Shown here: positions 58,480-64,000 of the stretch, one piece after another
Layout of the letters: every line of letters begins with the position of its first letter
How positions within the stretch are numbered: the stretch's first letter is position 1
Notes under the pieces: model-generated
Told to the model about the DNA's origin: nothing
Databases searched by the model: none
What the model saw: only the letters and a program-made list of their open reading frames with translations
Program-made: the position numbers and the translations under genes
Virus record (IMG/VR): IMGVR_UViG_3300028287_000410
Coordinates: 32,001-96,000 of that record
Strand: one strand, 5' to 3'
Source of the DNA: a virus
DNA length: 64,000 nucleotides

Positions 58480-59333
58480 AGAACTGCCTTTTCGTAAGTC
58501 GCAATCTTTTCTTGTGTCATCCATTCTTTCTGTACATAATGTACTGGAAGATTTTGAACAAAGTTGCCTATGCGAACTTCAAGATTGTCTGATAATTCAC
58601 TTGGAATACTCTTTGTCCAGATGTTATCAATCTTTGTTCGTTCAATGTTCTGAACGTGAGACTTCATATGCACAAATGTAGGAACATCCTTAATATCATA
58701 ATCGCACACAACTTCTTCAATGTCAAGTAGTTTAATTGCAAGAGCATATGCCATATCAGCACTCATCCAGTTCTGACCAATACCTTTAAGGAACTTGTCA
58801 TAGTAAACATTCCAATGTGTCATGATAAGCTCAACCATACGAAAAAATTCATATGCTGGTTGTGTCTTCTTAAAGTATGAGAAGTTACTGTATACATCTG
58901 GTAGTTCTAGTTCTGTAAACTTCTTGCGATAGAAATCATCTACAACATCTTCGCCACGAAATGTTTTTACATTTGTACAACACCATACGTCTTTAGTAGC
59001 TAGATAATCCCACCAATGATCCACACTATGTGTAAACACCATATCACTATCTAAGATAATCGTTTCATCAAACGGAGACATATGAATGTATTTCCATTTG
59101 TTATGGATTTTCCAGTTGTCTGCACCAGCATCATCGTTCCAAGGAATGTCTACAATATGATCGAAAACTTTGCGATGCTTATCTTGTACTAAACCCTTAG
59201 TGTATTCATCTACGCATACACAAATTGCGTTCTCGCGCTGTGTGGCTTTTAGACTAAGTGCTAGAGCGTATGTCATTTCTAGATAGTCAAACTCATTATT
59301 GTTTTGAGCTATTACAATATAACCTCTACTCAT
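58476..59333 (-). CDS. GT8-like glycosyltransferase
   Basis: SPFDETIILDSD (DxD), FVHMK, PVHY. Confidence 0.7.
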   Translation of the reverse strand: MSRGYIVIAQNNNEFDYLEMTYALALSLKATQRENAICVCVDEYTKGLVQDKHRKVFDHIVDIPWNDDAGADNWKIHNKWKYIHMSPFDETIILDSDMVFTHSVDHWWDYLATKDVWCCTNVKTFRGEDVVDDFYRKKFTELELPDVYSNFSYFKKTQPAYEFFRMVELIMTHWNVYYDKFLKGIGQNWMSADMAYALAIKLLDIEEVVCDYDIKDVPTFVHMKSHVQNIERTKIDNIWTKSIPSELSDNLEVRIGNFVQNLPVHYVQKEWMTQEKIATYEKAVL

Positions 59334-60196
59334 AATGTTTCTCCTAGTTCTAACATCGTATCTACATTACGTTCAATCGCACGTTTATTCATAATATGCA
59401 AATCTGTATTAGTGAAGCGGGACAATAAATGTTCTTCGATTGTTTCTGCTTTAGCACAATACATGATAACATCATTTGCACTGTTTACTCTAAAGATATC
59501 ATCTAAGTCAAATGAATTGTTAAGATAATCAATTGGAAGTGACGGAGCTTTAAATGATACGTTACCATTTAACATATGTAATGCAATAGCAAATGCAAAA
59601 TCATTTCTAAACAAGTTACCAGAGCAATTGTATAGAGCATAATAGTATTTGTAATTGTACTTGATATGTATGATTAGATTGAATAGGTTTTCTGCGAACT
59701 CACTCTTTCTAAAAAAGAATACTGTTGCCCAACACATTGGAATAGTAAAATCATCAATATAGGAAACATTACCGCCATGTCTACCAGCAATGTCCCTATA
59801 TTGATAATTAATCATGAAGTCATTCTCGCTTCCCCATACCTGGTCAAGAGTATCACTCATTATAAAGTAATCACAATCAATGACTAGAGTTTCTTCATAT
59901 GGTGAAAGTTCATATACTTCACTGCGTCCCATATTTTTGAAAGACGCATACTCAGGACTATTCGCAGTATCTTTAAATAGTCTAGTATTCTCTGGTTGAA
60001 AGTTATCTGAAATAATAGTTCTGTCGAAATATTGTTTGATTAGTTCTGGATGTTCATCTGCTGATGCGCTATCAGTGACTAGACAGATTTCATCAAATTC
60101 ACTAAGATTTTTTCTAGCGTATCCAGCACTTGCACATGCAATTTTTACATAATCAACGTAACCATTATTTCTTGCAAAAAGAATAATACCACGCAT
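59330..60196 (-). CDS. GT8-like glycosyltransferase (paralog of 58476..59333)
   Basis: SPYEETLVIDCD, RNDFAFAIA, HIMNK. Confidence 0.7.
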   Translation of the reverse strand: MRGIILFARNNGYVDYVKIACASAGYARKNLSEFDEICLVTDSASADEHPELIKQYFDRTIISDNFQPENTRLFKDTANSPEYASFKNMGRSEVYELSPYEETLVIDCDYFIMSDTLDQVWGSENDFMINYQYRDIAGRHGGNVSYIDDFTIPMCWATVFFFRKSEFAENLFNLIIHIKYNYKYYYALYNCSGNLFRNDFAFAIALHMLNGNVSFKAPSLPIDYLNNSFDLDDIFRVNSANDVIMYCAKAETIEEHLLSRFTNTDLHIMNKRAIERNVDTMLELGETL

Positions 60197-60576
60197 TAGA
60201 TTTCAAGTACCTTTTCAATTTTACGAGAGCTACGTAACTTTTGATAGTCATTGTAGTATTCGTTAATTACTTCAAAGTAAAGACTGCTAATGTCTTCTAA
60301 GAACTTTGTAGTATCATCGATTTGAATTGGAATATCATTCTTATCTAATAGAATTAAACTTGATTTGCCAGATGTCACAGCCATATTTACAAAAGCAATC
60401 AACTCTTGCGATACACGAAATGTACCACCGTTTGTGCTATAAGACAATAGGTTCTGTGTCTTGACTTTAAGATTATTCTTAGCCAAGTTAAATGTTTGCA
60501 TTGTATTTGAAAAGTCTAGTGCTTTAGCAAGACGTTCTTGCTCTTCGCTAGAGGAATTAATAGTTTCGTTTGACAT
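60196..60576 (-). CDS. Phage hypothetical protein
   Basis: AGGAG RBS; NGGTF, ILLDKNDIPI; first gene after promoter. Confidence 0.75.
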   Translation of the reverse strand: MSNETINSSSEEQERLAKALDFSNTMQTFNLAKNNLKVKTQNLLSYSTNGGTFRVSQELIAFVNMAVTSGKSSLILLDKNDIPIQIDDTTKFLEDISSLYFEVINEYYNDYQKLRSSRKIEKVLEI

Positions 60577-60602
60577 GGTTATATTCTCCTAATATTACTT
60601 CT

Positions 60603-60631
60603 ATTATATAGAATTATTAGTCAAATGTCAA
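60603..60631 (-). promoter_or_regulatory. sigma70-type promoter heading the tailoring operon
   Basis: Minus strand TTGACA-17-TATAAT. Confidence 0.75.
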
Positions 60632-60634
60632 GTA

Positions 60635-61609
60635 TTAAAGTTCAGAAATATGAGAGTATGTTGGAGTTGGTATGACAACACCGTTACCTGATGGGTCATT
60701 ATCATCTGCACGTTGTTGGTCAATCGTTACAGTAAGTGTGCCTTCGGTATAATCAGTGCCTGTCCAAGAGCCGCCGCCGTCGTTTGTCCATGTACCAGTA
60801 TCTGATACGTGGCCATCGTTGTATTCAATTTTGATATCAACTGCGGCGCCGTTTGTTCTTGCATATACATTAAGTTGGTTCTGCACGTAATCACCAGTGC
60901 CACCTTTTGTGTACACAAGTGCGTATGTTGCTGTTAAACTAGTAAATCCTACACCCGGAGTACCAACACTTGCTGAACTCTCTGTGGAATTATTTGATAG
61001 TTTAACCATTGCAATCGCTGTAAGTAAATCAGCCCATGAATCACTTTGTGCGTGTGATACATCATAACCTGTTAATTCTGTAGACAAACGAATTTCACCG
61101 CCTGTGTTAAAGAAGTTACGCATCGCATCTGTATCTGCAAATGTAGTTTTGAATTCGTAATTTTGTGGGTTATTTGAATTATCCCAATGATTGCCTGCCG
61201 TTGCAGGATCTACGAATGTCTTTGATGACGAAATTTTGTTTGTCTCAAGCGTCATCAAAGAGATGTCGTAGTTTAATTTGTTAGCACGAACACTTGCTAT
61301 ATCCGCTACAAGTGTAGGAATAAGTTCAATGATTCTATTAGGTGCCGGAAAGTCAGGGTCTGTTGTGACTGCAGGTATACTAATAGTCGTAGCTTGGTGC
61401 AAAGCGGCGAATTTTATAGATGTTAATAATTCATCCCAATTCGCCGCTCTGACTTTTGAACCAGCAGTCACAAGAGTCACTAGTAGCTGTGATTGCCCAT
61501 AACCTGAATCACCTGCCCCTAATCCAACAATCTCATTAATATCATTTGCGAAACCATTGAAATCAGATGCTCTGATTTTGCCTCCCAGATAGTAACTTTG
61601 TGGTGCCAT
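60635..61609 (-). CDS. Putative virion structural protein
   Basis: G.KI.ASDFN, GYGQ, FFNTGGEIR; Thr/Ser/Gly-rich. Confidence 0.65.
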   Translation of the reverse strand: MAPQSYYLGGKIRASDFNGFANDINEIVGLGAGDSGYGQSQLLVTLVTAGSKVRAANWDELLTSIKFAALHQATTISIPAVTTDPDFPAPNRIIELIPTLVADIASVRANKLNYDISLMTLETNKISSSKTFVDPATAGNHWDNSNNPQNYEFKTTFADTDAMRNFFNTGGEIRLSTELTGYDVSHAQSDSWADLLTAIAMVKLSNNSTESSASVGTPGVGFTSLTATYALVYTKGGTGDYVQNQLNVYARTNGAAVDIKIEYNDGHVSDTGTWTNDGGGSWTGTDYTEGTLTVTIDQQRADDNDPSGNGVVIPTPTYSHISEL

Positions 61610-61639
61610 TTAATTTGTCCTCAGTATATTATTCTTTTA

Positions 61640-62557
61640 TTATAGTGTATTTGTAACTGTGAAAGATGGATTAGTTATGCTTACTGATCCGCTTGCGTTT
61701 GTGAGTTTTAATGAAGACACATTAACAGTCGATGTACCTGGAACAACATCTTGTCCAGTCCATGACCATGCGCCGCCGTAACCTGAACCAGAACCACTAC
61801 GTGCTACGTGTGCATCTACTAGACGTACTGTAACATAGATGTCTGAACCTGACTTATATGCAGAGATATCTGCATAGTTAGATGAATAATCACCATCGTT
61901 AGCATACTCGCGTTTGATGTATGCATTTGATGTTGATAAATCTGAATACTTTTTACGTGTTGATGTATCAATGTTAGTTGAATCTGTTGCACGTGCTGAA
62001 ATGCGATATGTTCCCACTTCTGCTGTTAACTGTTCCCATGACGTACCTTGTTGATTACTAGTTGTGTCACTGTGTGACATTGAAATACGAATTTCGCCGC
62101 CTGCAGCGAACCACGCATCCATAGTTGCAGTTGAACCAAAAGAAATACGTGTTACTGTATCACGTGTGCCGTTCCAGTTAGAAACAGTCTGCGATGTTTC
62201 TGTTACTGCTGACATATCCCAACCTGAAGAATAACTCCATGGTGAATTGAAACGTGTGTTGATTTCAGTTTCGAATGTTGCTGCTGCACCTGCATAGTGT
62301 GACCATGCAACTGTTGTACCTGCATTCACTGCTGTGAAAGGGTTCGAAATGTTATAATAGTTTGAAATTTTTGCTGCCGCCGAGAAAATTGAATCGAAGT
62401 ATGCATCATCGATTACATTACCTGTAACTGGGTTGTCAGCAATTGAGTGACCTTGGTTGTAGCCGCCAAGAACACCTGTTCCATTAAGAATAGTGTTCAT
62501 TTTGGTACGTAGGCTTGCAAATGGGTCATTTGCGTTAATAGTTGATCCTACAGCCAT
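61640..62557 (-). CDS. Putative virion structural protein (paralog of 60635..61609)
   Basis: MAVGSTI.A, GYNQ, WFAAGGEIR; Ser/Thr-rich. Confidence 0.65.
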   Translation of the reverse strand: MAVGSTINANDPFASLRTKMNTILNGTGVLGGYNQGHSIADNPVTGNVIDDAYFDSIFSAAAKISNYYNISNPFTAVNAGTTVAWSHYAGAAATFETEINTRFNSPWSYSSGWDMSAVTETSQTVSNWNGTRDTVTRISFGSTATMDAWFAAGGEIRISMSHSDTTSNQQGTSWEQLTAEVGTYRISARATDSTNIDTSTRKKYSDLSTSNAYIKREYANDGDYSSNYADISAYKSGSDIYVTVRLVDAHVARSGSGSGYGGAWSWTGQDVVPGTSTVNVSSLKLTNASGSVSITNPSFTVTNTL

Positions 62558-62610
62558 ATTTTTGCTCCTAAGTTGACTAGTCGTTTAGTTGGCTTGCGCC
62601 GTTAAAAATC

Positions 62611-62636
62611 AAGAAAGATTTTCCGGATTCTTTCTT
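62611..62636 (-). terminator. Possible terminator/stem-loop
   Basis: AAGAAAGA-N10-TCTTTCTT inverted repeat at the stop of 62635..63297. Confidence 0.35.
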
Positions 62637-63297
62637 AATTAATTTGTATTGTAACCGTATAATCGATTACGATTGTTCTATTCGCCGATAGTAACACTGG
62701 ATGGAAAGTCACGTGTGTTAGCATCAATGTTTTATCTTCGTCCAAATCTGACCAATCGTTTGTATCATTGATTAAATTGCCAGATAATAGTGCAATTTCA
62801 TCAAATGTGAAAGTTTCTGATACTGTTGAATCGTTCTCTGGAACTGTTTCATTATTCATATCAGCATATTGCTGATGATCCATTTCTACTCTAAAATTAA
62901 TCTTTGATGTATTATCTGGGACAATCTCGCCTTCTCCCATATCTTGTCCTGGGAAATAAACTGTATTGTCTGTTCTTTGTTGATAAGTTTTAGCGTATAA
63001 TGTTGAATTACTTGAAGTGATAGGCAGTTGGTCGTAAATACCAAATACTCTAGGAGAGCGATATGAAAGTGTTGTAGTTGAACTGCTACCACCGTTGCCG
63101 AATGCCATCCAATTTACAAAAGGTGCAGAACCGCCGGTATTTACATCAACTGCGGATCCCGCTAATGCACTTGCAAGCACATATGCCATGTTACCTGGGT
63201 GAATGGCATTCCTCTTTTGCACAAGAATGTCACCACTATCTTTATCAAAGATTTTAAGTGTGCCGATAACTTGTGATTTAATATCTTCGTTAAACAT
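62635..63297 (-). CDS. Putative baseplate/tail structural protein
   Basis: KRNAIH, MAFGNGG, FDEIAL, LTHVTFHPV..SANR; GATAAATA late-type motif at 63328-63335. Confidence 0.6.
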   Translation of the reverse strand: MFNEDIKSQVIGTLKIFDKDSGDILVQKRNAIHPGNMAYVLASALAGSAVDVNTGGSAPFVNWMAFGNGGSSSTTTLSYRSPRVFGIYDQLPITSSNSTLYAKTYQQRTDNTVYFPGQDMGEGEIVPDNTSKINFRVEMDHQQYADMNNETVPENDSTVSETFTFDEIALLSGNLINDTNDWSDLDEDKTLMLTHVTFHPVLLSANRTIVIDYTVTIQIN

Positions 63298-63357
63298 TCA
63301 TATCTCTCTTTTTTCAAATTCTAAGTATATTTATCATTTTACCTTAGATGTCTTTTC

Positions 63358-63999
63358 TTATGTGTCCTCATGTGAGTAAATTTGATCCGGAGCACCCAAT
63401 ACGTAAATTGTATTGCCATTATCTACACTTGTAGCAACACCATTATAGAGGCCGCGCTCTGAAATTCTCAGATTATTTGTAGATTTGCTATCGTATACCA
63501 TGAACTCTACGTTTCCATTAACATCTTCAACCGCGACTAAACGTATAGTTTTAGATTTTGCCGCTTTGAATTTAGATGCTTGATCAACAACTAGAGTTTC
63601 GCCATCGAATGATGAAATTGTACCAGTATCAGTGACAGGAATATGATATCCTCTTCCAAACTTATCATACACGTAAAACTCTTTTTTGTTAAGTGTTGTT
63701 CTTGTTCCATCTGTGAATGTATCTACTGTTACGATTGAAGCATCTCTCGCTGATGCACTAAATTCACCAGTATCAAATCCGTCTGCACTGTATGTATATT
63801 CAATATCATTGCGTAGGAACTTTCCACCTAGATATTCACCGTCTACCAATGGCTCAAATAAACTTGTATCTGCTACTTCTTCATCGCCGCCATCGATTGC
63901 ATTCAATTCAAATCTACTATGTTCACCAAAGAACTTAGTGATGTGCATATGATGCAATGCATCAACTGTTAGGGCTGCTGTTTCATCTGTGGGATAGAT
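63358..63999 (-). CDS. C-terminus of a large putative structural protein (starts beyond window)
   Basis: Frame open to the window edge; beta-rich acidic sequence in a structural block. Confidence 0.55.
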   Translation of the reverse strand: MYPTDETAALTVDALHHMHITKFFGEHSRFELNAIDGGDEEVADTSLFEPLVDGEYLGGKFLRNDIEYTYSADGFDTGEFSASARDASIVTVDTFTDGTRTTLNKKEFYVYDKFGRGYHIPVTDTGTISSFDGETLVVDQASKFKAAKSKTIRLVAVEDVNGNVEFMVYDSKSTNNLRISERGLYNGVATSVDNGNTIYVLGAPDQIYSHEDT

Positions 64000-64000
64000 A

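Noticed and set aside
1-64000. tRNA/rRNA genes, transposases, integrase, stop-codon reassignment, and the remaining 60-155 aa nested ORFs
   Set aside because: No such signatures seen; long genes end cleanly at TAA/TGA/TAG under code 11; nested ORFs lie within or antisense to well-supported genes

Overview
AT-rich, gene-dense segment of a large T4-related (jumbo) tailed phage genome. Evidence: MoxR/VWA pair, HNH, DHFR-ThyA, virion-type genes at the right end, sigma70-type early promoters and T4-late-like (T/C/G)ATAAATA promoters. Three early promoters carry the GcrA/CcrM motif CGAATCA (=TGATTCG), suggesting an alphaproteobacterial host. Two features stand out. (1) A 6.7-kb, apparently inserted biosynthetic cassette (acyl-adenylating ligase, flavin-dependent halogenase, desaturase, GNAT-like acyltransferase, FabF ketosynthase, AhpD-like protein, 2OG-Fe oxygenase) splits the MoxR-VWA pair. 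The only ACP, a radical SAM enzyme and two alpha/beta-hydrolase-like paralogs lie in a second island about 28 kb away. (2) A ~48-kb tailoring super-cluster lies directly downstream of virion structural genes: 15 radical SAM enzymes, 5 glycosyltransferase-like proteins (one built of ~10 modules), 6 SGNH-like proteins, a carbamoyltransferase with a partner micropeptide, methyltransferase-like proteins, a QueC-like PP-loop enzyme and 2OG oxygenases. A hyperplastic early-gene region (38.4-43.5 kb) with an exact 42-bp promoter repeat interrupts it. No tRNA, rRNA or CRISPR array was seen. All calls are from motif reading; no database search was run.
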